Translations under genes and position numbers: made by a program
Part shown: positions 14,173 through 26,992 of the stretch, piece after piece
Layout: each line of letters begins with the position of its first letter
How positions within the stretch are numbered: position 1 is the stretch's first letter
The notes under the pieces: generated by a model
What the model saw: the letters and a program-made list of their open reading frames with translations, nothing else
The model's database searches: none
What the model was told of the DNA's origin: nothing
NCBI GenBank assembly: GCA_951406725.2
Contig: OX597837.1
Span: 40,486,001 to 40,550,000 of the forward strand
DNA from: Octopus vulgaris
Lineage: Eukaryota
Length of the DNA: 64,000 nt
Direction of reading: 5' to 3'

Positions 14173-14592
14173 AGGCGCAAGAGTGACTGTGTGGTAAGTA
14201 GCTTGTTTACCAACCACATAGCTCCGGCTTCAGACACACTGCGTGGCACCTTTGGCAAGTGTCTTCTACTATAGCCTCGGGCCGACCAAAGCCTTGTGAG
14301 TGGATTTGGTAGATGGAAACTGAAAGAAGCACGTCGTATATATATGTATATATATGTATATATATATATATGTATGTGCGCGTTTGTGTTTGTTCCCCTA
14401 GCATTGCTTGACAACCGATCCTGGTGTGTTTATGTCCCCGTCACTTAGCGGTTCGGCAAAATAGCCCGATAGAATAAGTACTGGGCTAACAAAGAATAAG
14501 TCCCGGGGTCGAGTTGCTCGATTAAAGGCGGCGCGCCAGCATGGCCGCTGTCAAATGACTGAAATAAGTAACAGAGTAAAAGAGTAAAGAGT
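14173..14592 (+). mobile_element. SINE family A, full length
   Basis: ggcgcaagagtgactgtgtggtaagtagc ... agtaaaagagtaaagag; flanked by (TA)n. Confidence 0.92.
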
Positions 14593-14618
14593 ATATATAT
14601 ATATATATATATATATAT

Positions 14619-14821
14619 AACGGGAAGCTTTATGAAAATAAACAAAAGACGAAGGCAGGTGGAAAACAAACGAACAATTGTATTAGTATGGCGCTCAGGA
14701 AATATAAATAAAACAAGTCTTTAACGTTTCGAGCCTACGCTCTTCAACAGAAAGATACACAGAGAGAGAAAAACACAGAAAGAAGGAGAGAAAAAAAATG
14801 CGTGCAGTAGCTAACGAATCA

Positions 14822-14822
<1 letters not shown>
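14619..14822 (-). mobile_element. Hammerhead-bearing short repeat P1 (Penelope-like)
   Basis: Colinear with 44337-44519 and 47577-47754; minus strand 14718-14755 UCUUU-CUGUUGA-A-GAGC(GUAG)GCUC-GAAA-CG-UU-AAAGA. Confidence 0.75.
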
Positions 14823-14866
<44 letters not shown>

Positions 14867-15139
14867 CAGACAGACAAACAGACAGAAAGAGGTGTATATA
14901 GACCGACAGACCCTCACAGACCCATATGCAATTATAATTCTTTGTCTTTTTATTCCCCTTCTACAACGATTCAGTAGGAATTTATTCCAATGGTCACGCA
15001 ACACCTTTATACCCAGTCCAACCACATACGCATGCGCTCTCATTCCCTTGCATGTCTCTATCCACCGGCACCAATATATGCGCAATTACACGGACAAACA
15101 CGCACAGAGATTTCGCACGCACCGAATCACACACACACA

Positions 15140-15175
<36 letters not shown>

Positions 15176-15536
15176 CAAGCACACAAACATACATACACAC
15201 ACACGCAGATGTGCATGTATCACAATATACACACTTCAACATACAAAGTTACATCATCATGATATTAGATATGTGTATTTATATGCATTATATTAATATA
15301 TATACGCGCATATATATATATATATATATATACATGCATACACACGTAAATATATATATATATATATACTTATATAAATGTATATATTTTATATATTGCA
15401 CGTATTTTATATATTATATATGTATATATAGATATATGTTTGCTTTTATGTATATATATGTATCTATGTAAGTATACATATGTATACAAGTTTATGTGTA
15501 TATAGATATAGGAATATGTGCACATATATATATGTA

Positions 15537-15579
<43 letters not shown>

Positions 15580-15655
15580 ATATTTACATATATATACATA
15601 TATATATATATATATGCATACATATATATATATATATACATATATATCTACACAA

Positions 15656-15814
<159 letters not shown>

Positions 15815-16620
15815 AATTAGAAGCGACAACTACTTTCATGTAGAGCAAAATGTGTTTTTGATGAGCTGAGATAGAAACGGACAGAGAGGTCGAGAGAAAG
15901 AATGAAAGAGTGAGAGAGAGAGAGAGAGAAGAGGGACAGAATGAGAAGAGAGAGAGCGAAAAACCAATAGAGAAAGTAGAACCCAGAGTAGGAGAGAAGG
16001 AGAGAAAAGGAGAGAGAGGGAGAGATCCGTAATGTAAGAGAGAAGGAAAGAAGAGAGCGAGAAATAATTTTTCCTTTTAACGTCATGAAAAGCCCTGAGA
16101 CCTTCTAGATAGATATTGGTAGAATATTCCATACTTTAGAATATTATATGGATGAGTCTGTTTGATCCTATTCACACAGACTCAGAGGAAAGAATGGTGC
16201 CATGTGGAGCAGGTGGTGGTGTTGCAGCGTGCGAGATGGCGGCGTGGCAGGGTGTCAGGGTAGCAAGGTGGCGTCTGAAATATGGAGGAAATCATTACGT
16301 GTTTCGTGTATTTTGAAGCGTGCTCTTTCTGCAGATCACGAACTGATTTGGGAATAATATTAAAGGATTTATTGACATCCAGCTATAACATACTGGCGCT
16401 CAAGAGATTGCAACAAACGAGGGACAACCTATGTGATGGCTCTGTATACTAGAAATGGCAGCTCAATATATACTATATAATTGTATAATACATACGTATA
16501 TATATATATATATGCTTATATATATATATGTATATAGGTAAACAGTAAAAATAATTACAGACATGGACAAGAACATGAAACGCCACAGAGACGACACAAG
16601 AACCACAGGACGATATATAT

Positions 16621-16696
<76 letters not shown>

Positions 16697-16750
16697 TATG
16701 TATATATATATATATGTATATATATGTATGTATATATATGTATATATATG

Positions 16751-16847
<97 letters not shown>

Positions 16848-16876
16848 GTGTGTGTGTGTGTGAGTGAGTGAGTGTT

Positions 16877-16907
<31 letters not shown>

Positions 16908-16910
<3 letters not shown>

Positions 16911-17203
16911 GAGGCGCAATAGCGCAGTGGTTAGAGCAGCGAACTCGCGGTTTCGATTTCCAGATCGAGTGTTGTCAGTGTTTATTGAGCGAAAACACCT
17001 AAAACTCCACGAGGCTCCGGCAGGGGGTGGTGGCGATCCCTGCAGTACTCTTTCGCCACAACTTTCTCTCATTCTTTCTTCTGTTGCCCTGCTCATTTAG
17101 CCAGCGGTGTGGCGTCATTTCAAGGCTAAAACAATGCGAAGCGCATTGTGACCAGCGATATGTATCAACATCTGATAGCCTAGTCGGTCACGGTAATCAC
17201 GGT
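16908..17203 (+). mobile_element. SINE family C
   Basis: Matches 12951-13253 with a short deletion in the head. Confidence 0.9.
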
Positions 17204-17654
17204 TATATATGTATATATATATGTTCTTAGCATTCTAAGCATTGTATCTATTGCTGACTGTAAATACGCCTACGCGCGATATTTGAAAAATTATAGCATA
17301 TAATGATGGGACACGTGTTATCTTGTCTCTGAATTATAAGTTAGTTGTTTAGGCCGGTTACTGACGAGGATTCGCCCGGTAGATAATATGGTCTTGCTAA
17401 ATTATTTATTCAAGGATGGCAAGCGATATTATTTGTAAAGAAATCTGAAACCATGGTATAACCGTTATATAACAAGGTAAAGGTTTTAATTTTTCATTTA
17501 CTTCGAAATTTGCTATAAAATTGTGGTTTTTTGGCCGTGTTGGCTGCTATTTCTAGCATGTAAAATTGCCTGTTAAAGGGTAATTTTCTATTTTGAAATA
17601 TATATATATATGATTCCGTATTGCTCCTGTTTACATCTCGCTCAGATAGTTGAT

Positions 17655-17765
<111 letters not shown>

Positions 17766-17771
17766 TGTATG

Positions 17772-18095
17772 AAAGGGATTGTGCCAAATTTTGGCACTGA
17801 AAGGCACACAAATGTCAGAACTTGACGCCACTACACACTGCCAAAGATCAAAGATCCCAACAATGCCGTCGCGCTTCAGAACCAGTTACTGCAAAATCCT
17901 GAGTTTCAAGGGCCCACAGCTTTTTTAATATCCTCCCAAGGAGCCTGAGTGGATGTTCTCAAAACAAAACTCGATCTCTCCTTGTCAAGGGTCCCTAATG
18001 AACCTACCTCGCTCCAGGAAGCGCAAATGAGGGCAACGACATCAAACTCCCTTATTAACCAAATGCCATATATCTGAGGAGGCTCTCAATAACAA
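17772..18095 (+). pseudogene. Degenerate 3' end of CR1/L2-like LINE ORF2
   Basis: Frameshifted peptide GIVPNFG...FKGPQLFNILP...KTKLD...VPNEPT...RATTSNSL, resembling the C-terminus of CR1/L2-group elements. Confidence 0.65.
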
Positions 18096-18113
18096 CAGTG
18101 CAGCAAAACAGCA

Positions 18114-18581
18114 GCGGCCATGCTGGAGCAGCACCTTACAAGTGTTATAGTCGAAGAAATTGATCCCAGGACTTATTGTTTGTAAGCCTAGTACTTATTC
18201 CATCGGTGTCTTTTGCCGAACGTATTTAGAAGCTAGACGTATTTCGGAGAAAATAGGAAAAAAATTAAATGGAGACAAACGCTCAAGATGTTATTAAATC
18301 ATTCCTATCTTCATATCATCGACATGTGTTTCGATGAAGGCATTCAAAATAAATCCGACAGGATCAATAATGTGGAACAATGCATCAATCCTATCAGGGA
18401 GGAGACAAACAACTGTTCTCATCAAATGCTGTTGACAGTGACTTCGAAGCTTCGGCTAGCTAAGTCATCGTCAGCATTCCGACGATGGCTTATGTGGCCG
18501 AAACTTCGTAGTCACTGTCAACATGTCTTGTGTATGTACAGACAGACAGACAGACAGACAGACAGATACATAGATAGATAC

Positions 18582-18652
<71 letters not shown>

Positions 18653-18816
18653 CGGGGGGGCTTCCATTAAGTTTCCCTCTACCAAATTCACGGACATGAC
18701 ATTGATTTGGCCGGGGTTATGGTAGAAGATAGAGGATACCTGCCCAAGTAGCTCCACAGTGGGACCGAACCCGAAAGTACATGGATTGAAAACGAGCATC
18801 TTAACCACGCAGCCAT
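18114..18816 (-). mobile_element. Two family A-related SINE fragments (18114-18221 3' half; 18655-18816 5' half)
   Basis: Plus strand gcggccatgctggagca...gtacttattccatcgg and tgcccaag...cagtgggaccgaacccg...accacgcagcca. Confidence 0.7.
18430..18523. repeat. 94-bp imperfect palindrome (two inverted hammerhead-like halves)
   Basis: tgttgacagtgacttcgaagcttcggc..taagtcatcgtc / gacgatggctta..gccgaaacttcgtagtcactgtcaaca. Confidence 0.85.
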
Positions 18817-19492
18817 GTCTACGTCTAAACTGTCGAACGTTTAAATTTAGCTACATTAAAACGGACAATTTACATTACTGAACGTTTCCATTTAGCGAAA
18901 CAGAAACCGACTGGCTACAGAGTCGAACGTTTGAATTTAACTACATCGTAATTGACGGGTGACATTGTCGAACATTCAAACTTGACTGCATTTTCTATAA
19001 ATATTGTCAGCTATCCTAAAACTTCGTTCATTTGAAGATTATTTCAGAGTAGTCTTTTAAATAAGAAATGAAGCATTCTAAGAATTCTAAGCCTGATGCC
19101 AAGATTGCTCTGCGATAACAATGATTTTCTTACTTATGGAAATGATTTATTGATTATTATTTATCGTACAGGAGCCTGGTGAAAGCGATGCAATTTCCCA
19201 TTATTGATATTGAAAGCTGGGGTTTCAATAATTAAAATATAATGTAGATTTTCTGGGAGAGAATCACCAAATATATTCTAAAAGAAATACTCGAAAATAG
19301 ATCTAAACGTAGTGTGAGTTCCTCATAATTTTAAGTAACCTACTGAGGAATGAACGCTTCCATTTCGGTCTTAAAAAAACACCATCAACAAAATCCATAA
19401 TAATATTGATAATTCTTTCTACTGAAGACACAAGGTCTGAAATTCTGGGGAGGGGGATAGTCGATTACATTTACCCTAGCACGCAACTGGTA

Positions 19493-19700
19493 CTCTCACT
19501 CTTACTTCCTGTTTCTGTTGTACCTGTATTTCATGGGGCCGGCCTTGTCAATCTCTGTGTCACGCTGAATATCCCCGAGAACTACGTTAAGGGTGCACGT
19601 GTCTGTGGAGTGCTCAGCCACTTACACGTTAATTTCACGAGCAGGCTGTTCCGTTGATTCGGATCAACCGGAACCCTCGTCGTCGTAACCGACGGAGTGC
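19493..19700 (+). mobile_element. SINE family F 3' module (structured tail), 5' truncated
   Basis: Begins ctctcactctt like the end of the C/D body; ends in nested hairpins gttccgttgat..atcaaccggaac and cgtcgtaaccgacg; inverted copy at 55158-55330. Confidence 0.75.
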
Positions 19701-19868
19701 TTCTACTCGCAGAAATCGAACCCAGAATCTATTCTGTATAAGCATAGTACTTATTCCATCGGTGTCTTTTACCGAATCGCTAATCACGGAGACGCAAACA
19801 AACCAACATCAGTTGTCAAACGGTGGTGGTCGTGGTGGACGCAAACACAGACACACGCATATACATAC

Positions 19869-19899
<31 letters not shown>

Positions 19900-20236
19900 A
19901 CCGACGGAGTACTTCCATCCATATCAACATCTTTCTGATTTTTATTCCGTTACGAAGATTAAGTTGATCGTAACGGATAAAGACAGATTAAGAGATTCGA
20001 AAATACAGCAGATTGAGAAACGGTATTATGGAATGAGTTACGTAATGTTAGCATTTGCTAGTAATGTTAGCATTTGTATTGGTTATGTTTGTATTGGTAA
20101 TAAAAAAAGCACCTGGTTTCCTTTGAAATAGGCGGAAACTGCTGATGAGAAGACGAAGAAAAACATTGCAAGTCACAAATAATGGAAGCATATAATGATG
20201 TGTTTCTGTCATAATGTGCGTCAGTATGTTTGTATT

Positions 20237-20284
20237 TGTGTGTGTGTGTGAGTGAAAGAGAGAGAGAAAGAGAGAGGGAGAGAG

Positions 20285-20324
<40 letters not shown>

Positions 20325-20380
20325 TGTGTGTGTGTGAGAGAGTGAAAGAGAGAGAGAAAGAGAGAGGGAGAGAGAAAAAG

Positions 20381-20413
<33 letters not shown>

Positions 20414-20432
20414 TGTGTGTGTGTGTGTGTGT

Positions 20433-20470
<38 letters not shown>

Positions 20471-20474
20471 GAGT

Positions 20475-20505
<31 letters not shown>

Positions 20506-20530
20506 TGTGTGTGTGTGTGTGTGTGAGAGT

Positions 20531-20571
<41 letters not shown>

Positions 20572-20597
20572 TGTGTGTGTGTGTGTGTGAGAGTGAA

Positions 20598-20630
<33 letters not shown>

Positions 20631-21375
20631 TGTGTGTGTGTGTGTGTGGGTGTATCCGTGTGTATAAGTGTGTATATGTGTACATCTACGTGTATCCGTG
20701 TATCTGTTTGCGCGTGTGTGAAAGAGAGAGGCTGTATGTGAGAGAAAGGGATTGGCAAACAGAGAGTGATAGAGAAAGAGATAGGGTGAGAAAGAGAGAG
20801 AGAAAGTGAGAGACAAGTGAGAGACGGTGATGGTGTCTTTGGGAAAGATCCTCCAAAATTACTTATTGTGCGGATTCAACTGATAACTGTAACTGTTCGA
20901 CTTTTGGAATTGTGAAACGAATCTTTACTTTCGCATTAAGTAGTAGCAACACCTCACAGACAATAAAGAGGGAGAGAGAGAGAGGGAGAGAGAAAGAGAG
21001 AGAGAGTAAGAGGGAGAGAGAGGGGGAGTAAGAGCGAAAAGTAAACGAGATAGTAAGAGAGAGAGAGAGAAAGGAAAGAAAGAAAGAAATCGAGGGCGGA
21101 AGAAGGGGAAAGAGTAAGAGTGAAAAATGTACCGAGAAAGAAAGGGGGGGAGAGAGGAGAGAGTGAAAGAGAGAAAGAAAGATAGAGAAAGAGAGAGTGA
21201 AAGAAAGACAGAGAAAGAGAGAGAGAGTGAAAGAGAGAAAGAAAGATAGAGAAAGAGAGAGAAAGGATGTGACCGAGAACAAAAGATAGGAAGAGAAGGA
21301 ACGAAAAAGTGGAAGTTAGACTGAAAGCGAAAGTGAGGAGAAAGAGCGAAGAGAGAGAGAGAGAGAGAGAGAGAC
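20237..21375. repeat. Compound (GT)n/(GA)n minisatellite and purine-rich tract
   Basis: Recurrent unit gtgtgtgagagtgaaagagagagag from 20237-20650; GA-rich sequence 20965-21375. Confidence 0.9.
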
Positions 21376-21474
21376 GGTGTTTCAGTTTCTCGGTTTCATT
21401 TATTCTTAGTCTATGAACACGTGACTTTTATTACACAAAAAAAAGAAAAGAAAAGAAATGGAAAATGAGGAAAA

Positions 21475-22290
21475 GCACGTTGACCCAGTCCAGTAAGATC
21501 TATATTTTAAAGGACGGCATTGCCTTTCATCCTTTCGAGATAAAATATATACCGGTTGAGCTCTGGTGTCCATGTAACTGACGGCCTCCTTACCCCAAAA
21601 ATCCGGTCCTTGTGCCTATATTAGAAATGATCCTCATTGTTAAGGTGGCGGGCTGATAGAATTGTTAACAGGCCGGAGAAAATGCTTAACGGCATTTCGT
21701 CCATCTTTACTGTCTGAGTTCAAATCCTGCCCTAGTCGACTTCGTCTTTATCCTTCCGGGATTCGATAAAAAAACACGATTTGGGTACTGGTGTCGATGT
21801 TATCAACTTAACCCCTACCCAAACTTTGCTGGCCTTGTGCCAAATATTCAAAGCTAATATTATACAGCGATGAGCTTGGCAGAATTATTGGCACTCCAGA
21901 CAAAAAGCTTAGCAACATATCCGTCGTTACGTTCTGAGTTCAAATTCCACCGAAGTCAACTTTGCCTTCCATCTTTTAGGATTCGGTAAAATAAGTACCA
22001 CTGGGGGCGACGTACTCGACTTACTCTCTCCGACTTAGCATCCACCCGAAATTGCTGGCCTTGTGCCAAAATGTAAAACCAATATCGTTAATCTCAGTAA
22101 GGCAGGAAGCTGGCAGAATCGTTAGCACGCCGGGCAAAATGCTCACCGGCATTCCGTCCGTCTTTATGTTCTGAGTTGGAATTCCGCCGAGGTTCACTTT
22201 CCCTTTTATCATTTCTGGTAGATAAAATAGATACCACATGAATACTGGTGTCTATGTAATCGACTTACCTCTTCTCCCGAACTTGCTATA
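21475..22290 (+). mobile_element. Cluster of about four degenerate head-to-tail family B SINEs
   Basis: Repeated ggcagaat..ttagca / ctgagttcaaat / gcctttcatc / gctggccttgtgccaaa modules at about 21480, 21643, 21870, 22100. Confidence 0.75.
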
Positions 22291-22633
22291 ATTTGAATCC
22301 CGTTTTATATATCATCGGATTTCTCCTTCGTCAAGAACTCGAAGACGGAGCGATATTTCTTCTTGAGGCGTTTTATTTGCTTGGAATGAAGAAAGAGCAT
22401 GAAGATATATTATAGAGAAAGCATTTGACTAAAAAAATTGGGAAATTTGAATAACCTACGACTGTTAATAAGAAAAGTTATATCCACTCTCATATGGCAT
22501 CAGTAGAATTTTCGTATGCGCAGTTGATTGATAACCTGCCCATCTCTATAAGGAAAACGCATAAAAGTATGTACTGGGGAACACAGAGTTTGAATAGAAT
22601 TTGCTCTTTCAATGTAGCGTGTGGATGAAGTGT

Positions 22634-22676
<43 letters not shown>

Positions 22677-23439
22677 TCTGTGTGTATGTGTGTCTGTACG
22701 TACACGTGTGTGCGCGTGTGTGTATGTGTGTGCATTCCAGTTATGAACGTGAAATAAACCACCGTAAGCGAATGCTTAAAGGTGGCCACGATTCGCCGAT
22801 AGCAGAAAGAATGTGTGTCGCATATGAGAACTTCTGAAAATATTTCCTAGGTTTAAGTGGACTTCAATACTGCAGAGAGGAATAAAAAGCTGGCGAGTGC
22901 GAAGTATTATAGAACATATAATTTCAGCACAACATATTAGATATCACGTCAGCGGATACTGAAAAACTGAACGTAATAAAACACAACACGTGAAGAAAAT
23001 TCGCCGTTAAATTCGATAATAATGAAGCAGTTTAGAACTAGCTCGCTATTTTTATATTCCAACTCTCATAATACTAAATCAACTATTCAACTAATCAACT
23101 AATATTTCGGTTTTTCTTTCTCTCTTTCACGTGATTCCATTATGCTATATACTTACTGAACCAATATAGGAGGCAATATGGAATTTGCAGTTATCTACGA
23201 GGTCTCTCGACTCGAAACAACTGCAAAATAAAGTCTTACTTTTGCAACACTCAGTCGTTCTTTATTTATTTAAATCATTGGTTTTCAGCCATGTTTTTTT
23301 TATTATTATTTTATCTGTGAACCCCTTTGATTATTATTTTTTTTTGTTCTGGTGAACTTCCATAACCATTCGAAAATTTAAAACTAGTTCTATTGATTTT
23401 TCTCTTTCAAAATTCCTGTTTTTGGTTTTCATACATTCA

Positions 23440-23615
23440 ACTCCCATCCCTTAGTTATCCGTCGCATGCGCTGGTACCGACATGCCCTCCGTCTTCCGCT
23501 ACATAATCCTACCAGGGTTTTACTCCCATTCGAGGCTGGGAAAGTCCTCGTGGTAGGCCCCGCACCAGATGGCTGGATGTTGTTAGGGGGCATCTGCAGA
23601 TGGAAAAGTTTAGTC
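23440..23615 (+). pseudogene. RTE-clade LINE ORF C-terminal relic
   Basis: RRMRWYRHALRLP...PRGRPRTRWLDVV, matching the RLRWxGHxxR / GRPxxRWxD motifs of RTE elements. Confidence 0.7.
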
Positions 23616-23733
23616 CAACGTAACGATCCCAGTACTTAGAACCTCCTTAAGCTTGGCACTTCTTTTATTGATCTCTTACGCTGAACTGTTCAGTAACAGG
23701 GACATAGGAACAAACACAGGCACACACATATAC

Positions 23734-23784
<51 letters not shown>

Positions 23785-23861
23785 CATGTACACACACACA
23801 CACACACGCACTCATCTCTCAGTTTTTGTCTATTCACAAGGCTTTGGTTGTTGGCTGTAGT

Positions 23862-24274
23862 AGGCGGCGTGCTGGAGGAAACGTTAGCACGCCGGGCGAA
23901 ATGCCTAGCGGTATTTCGTCTGCCGCTACGTTCTGAGTTCAAATTCCGCCGAGGTCAAACTTCGCCGTTGATCCTTTCGGAGTCGATTAAATAAGTACCA
24001 GTTACGCACTGGGGTCGATATAATCGACTTAGTACGTTTGTCTGTCCTTGTTTGTTCTCTGTGTTTAGCCTCTTGTGGGCAGTAAAGAAATACGTTTGTC
24101 TATCCTTGTTTGTCGTCTCTGTGTTTAGGCCCTTTGTGGGCAGTAAAGAAATACGTTTGTCTGTCCTTGTTTGTCGTCTCTGTGTTTAGCCCCTTTGTGG
24201 GCAGTAAAGAAATACGTTTGTCTGTCCTTGTTTGTCCTCTCTGTGTTTAGCCCCTTTGTGGGCAGTAAAGAAAT
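23862..24274 (+). mobile_element. SINE family B with 4x tandem ~60-bp 3' tail
   Basis: Unit cgtttgtctgtccttgtttg..tctgtgtttagcc..ttgtgggcagtaaagaaata starts near 24035, 24093, 24154, 24215. Confidence 0.9.
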
Positions 24275-24869
24275 ATGTAGTAGGACAGATTTGCCTGAAA
24301 TGCCACGCAGTGGGACTGAACCAAGAACCATGTGGTTGGAAAACGAGCTTTTTTATCACAAAGCCATACAGATGATTATTTGTATAAGAAAAAAAAATTC
24401 AAATAGATTTTCACATTTTAGCTTTTAACAGCCTTGCTTCTGTACTGCAAATATGTAGTGTTATCATATTACGATACTTCGAAGATCTGCAATAACAACA
24501 CAAAACCCCATTTCCTATTCTCTCAATTAGTCGACACCTAATTGTAATAACGGTAACAGCTGGTTTATTGATTTATTAGTTTGTTTGTGTAAGATAATCA
24601 ACAATGTCTTCTTCATAAGCGAGAGATAATCGAACATGTCAGACGTCTCTACGCTATGATCAAATAATATTTTGACCTTCCTCTTCACCATAACCTTTAA
24701 CGCAAAACACCGGAGTTGAGAATAAAACGGTTTTTCTTTTAGTGATGCATCTGCCATCTTGTTCTTCGTAACCTTTTGTCTCGTCTTTACCCGATGAAAA
24801 ATTTGCATCAATCGCTCCAATCTACTTTCTTCTTCTTCTTCTTCTTCTTCTTCTTCTTCTTCTTCTTCT

Positions 24870-24937
<68 letters not shown>

Positions 24938-24938
<1 letters not shown>

Positions 24939-25017
24939 CTTCATAACACAGTGTAGGTAAAAATGAAGTGGAGTCTTTAGTTATCTGTCAAGTCATAAGC
25001 ACCTCAGACAGATAATA

Positions 25018-25051
<34 letters not shown>

Positions 25052-25157
25052 GTTATTATTATTATTATTATTATTCCTTCATAACACAGTGTAGGTAAAA
25101 ATGAAGTGGAGTCTTTAGTTATCTGTCAAGTCATAAGCACCTCAGACAGATAATACA
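24938..25157. repeat. Two identical ~80-bp inserts within a (TTA)n tract
   Basis: ccttcataacacagtgtaggtaaaaatgaagtggagtc...cagacagataataca at about 24938 and 25076. Confidence 0.9.
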
Positions 25158-25216
25158 TTATTATTATTATTATTATTATTATTGTTATTGTTATTGTTAT
25201 TATTATTATTGTTATC

Positions 25217-25806
25217 AAGGCAGCAAGCGCGCAAAATCGTTAGCACTCTGGACCAAATGCTTAGCGGTATTTCGTCTGCCGCTACGTTCTCAGTTCAAAT
25301 TTGCCGAGGTCGACTTTGCCTTTCATCCTTTCGGGGTCGATTAAATAAGTACCAGTTACACACTGGGGTCGATATAATCGACTTAATCCGTTTGTCTGAC
25401 CTTGTTCGTCCCCTCTGTGTTTAGCCCCTTGTGGGCAGTAAAGAAATAGGTATTTCGTCTGCCACTACGTTCTCAGTTCAAATTCTGCCGAGGTTGTCTT
25501 TGCCTTTCATCCTTTCGGGGTCGATTAAATAAGTACCAGTTACGCACTGGGGTCAATATAATCCACTTAATGCGTTTCTCTGTCCTTGTTTGTCCCCTCT
25601 GTGTTTAGCCCCTTGCGGATAGTAAAGAAATAGGTATTTCGTCTGCCGCTACGTTCTCAGTTCAAATTCTGCCGAGGTTGACTTTGCCTTTCATCCTTTC
25701 GGGGTCGATTAAATAAGTACTAGTTACGCACTGGGGGTCGATATAATCGACTAACCCCCTTCCTCCAAAAAAATTTTCAAGTCCTTGTACCTAGAGTAGA
25801 AAAGAA
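25217..25806 (+). mobile_element. SINE family B trimer (head + three ~183-bp units, last with alternate tail)
   Basis: Units begin ggtatttcgtctgcc at 25266, 25449, 25633. Confidence 0.92.
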
Positions 25807-25914
25807 TAATGATTATCATTATTAAGATGGTGAGCTGGCTGAATTGTTAGCACGCCGGGGGAAAATGCTTAGCGCTATTTCGCCCGTCACGACGGTTTGA
25901 GTTCAAATTTCACT

Positions 25915-26545
25915 AATACAAAAGGATGCCTTGTCTCCTTTAAAAACTAGGTCTTAACCATTTCTAAGACACTTCATCAGCTTCTTCCAATGTTCGTTGG
26001 AAAAAATCTCCATGTAGGCCCTTCTCATCCATTAGTCTTTATATTGTACTCTTGGGGGTGTTCACCATTGTCACTGAATCACCTTCTCATTCAGTGCAGC
26101 CAGCTACAGTCGTTCATCACTATTCCTCAGAGAAACATCCAAAGACCTCATCTATTTCCAATCACTATCCCCTATTCCGATCAATCTTCTTACATCTCCC
26201 TTCCCGGGTAGGTAAAGACTCGCGCTACGTTACTTTTCGTATGAAGGTACCCATACATAGCCTTTAAATTCCTAATCTTTCTGTCCATATTGACAGTTCC
26301 TCATTTGTCCGTTCCGCAAATTCTGCGCAGTAGCGTACTGCACCTACAGCCCATGCGTTGATGCCTTTGATCAAGTTTCCTCCATTCAGCTTGGATCTAC
26401 ATAGCTTTTACACTCTTCTGGTGAAATCCTCAGAAAAATGCTTTTCTTTCACCTTGGTGTTCATCATTTGACCTTATTGTACAATACGAAGACACTTGTA
26501 ACCCTTTCCATTCGCTTCTCTTCTACGTCCATCATTTAGAACTTG
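25915..26545 (-). pseudogene. Degenerate R4/Dong-type LINE reverse transcriptase thumb region
   Basis: Minus-strand peptides SKLNGGNLIKGINAWAVGAVRY, DRKIR...LHTKSNVAR and EKGLHGDFF...S*KWLR, with stops and frameshifts. Confidence 0.75.
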
Positions 26546-26586
26546 TATTCCGTTGCTACGTTTCGCTCAGTTCAATTGTTGTTGTT

Positions 26587-26985
26587 GCGAGCTGGCAGAA
26601 TCGTTAGCACGCCGGGCAAAATGCTTAACAACATCTCGTCCATCTCAAAGTTCTGAGTTCAAATCCTGCCGAGGTTGACTTTACTTTTTATCTTTTTGAG
26701 TCGATAAAACGAGTACCAGTTAAGCACTGTAATGAACGTAGCCCCTCACCTGAAAATTGCTGGTCTTGTGCCACAATTTGAAACCGAACAAAATGCTTAG
26801 CGGTATTTCGTCTGTCTTTATGTTCTGGGATAGAATTCCGCTGGGGTCGACCTTGAATCGACCATCCCTTTTATTTTTTTCTGGGTCGATAAAATAAGTA
26901 CCAGTAGAGCACTGGGGTTGATGTAATCGACTAGACCCCTCCCCTGAAATTTCAGGCCTTGTGCCTATAGTAGAAAGGATTATTA
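26587..26985 (+). mobile_element. Two adjacent family B SINE copies (alternate tail)
   Basis: gcgagctggcagaatcgttagcacgccggg ... aaatttcaggccttgtgcctatagtagaaagg. Confidence 0.8.
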
Positions 26986-26992
26986 TTATCAT

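Noticed and set aside
23183-23228. Hammerhead-like ctacgaggtctctcgactcgaaac inside tttgcagtt/aactgcaaa
   Set aside because: Core lacks the G of CUGA and there is no UH site; too degenerate to call
24035-24274. CRISPR-like regular repeats
   Set aside because: Tandem units without unique spacers; SINE tail in eukaryotic DNA
24527-24820. 97-codon minus-strand ORF in unique sequence
   Set aside because: Non-ATG start, no recognisable homology or splice signals; compatible with chance
25955-25985. CTGATGA...GAAA on the minus strand
   Set aside because: Lies inside LINE coding relic (ADEVS*KW); no stems
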